From positions 1 through 52,412 of IMG/VR virus record IMGVR_UViG_3300033145_001015: a DNA stretch of 52,412 nt; one strand, given 5' to 3'. The stretch's first letter is position 1. Every line of letters begins with the position of its first letter. The notes below the pieces were generated by a model. It was not told the origin of the DNA, searched no databases, and saw nothing but the letters and a program-made list of their open reading frames with translations. Of the stretch, positions 52,357-52,412 are shown one piece after another. The position numbers were made by a program, and so were the translations under genes. The stretch is from a virus. Lineage: Duplodnaviria; Caudoviricetes.

Positions 52357-52412
52357 TTGTGAAAAAAATTAGCGATGCCGAGAAATGGCGTGTTCTTTTA
52401 CGGAATCTAAGG
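52299..52412. repeat. Second copy of the 114-bp overlap
   Basis: Identical to 1-114. Confidence 0.97.

Noticed and set aside
1-52412. Stop-codon reassignment and tRNA genes
   Set aside because: Core genes are full length in the standard code, and no tRNA cloverleaf was spotted by eye (tRNAscan not run)

Overview
The window is an apparently complete, circularly assembled tailed-phage genome of 52,298 bp. Bases 1-114 are repeated exactly at 52299-52412. It has two convergent arms. The minus-strand late arm (~2.2-32.3 kb) carries putative TerS, TerL, portal, scaffold, major capsid, decoration, tail adaptor/nozzle, fibres and three probable ejection proteins. No tape measure, sheath or tail tube gene was recognised, so it is podovirus-like. 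This arm ends in a protease/thioredoxin/membrane-protein cassette where a lysis module would be expected. The plus-strand early/middle arm (~34.9 kb through the junction to ~2.3 kb) carries many small ORFs, a serine recombinase, a Sak4-like AAA ATPase, SSB, a Cas4-like nuclease, an SF2 helicase, a Prim-Pol/helicase and RusA. It ends in a nucleotide-processing operon: metallophosphoesterase, DUF5664-type dNTP diphosphohydrolase, SprT-like peptidase, DeoC, NDT-family N-glycosidase and DUF2061. A 1.4-kb non-coding region (32.3-33.7 kb) holds helically phased iterons, hairpins and the likely physical genome ends. Best candidates for new biology: (1) a phage operon that could form a full dNTP -> dNMP -> base + deoxyribose-5-P -> G3P + acetaldehyde pathway; (2) an exported protease + thioredoxin cassette with no recognisable glycosidase endolysin. 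Other points: three paralogous EndoVII-type endonucleases, two promoter classes split by spacer length, and a small gene with an ATC start. A Planctomycetota-like host is an inference only. All functional calls come from motif recognition by eye; no database searches were run.
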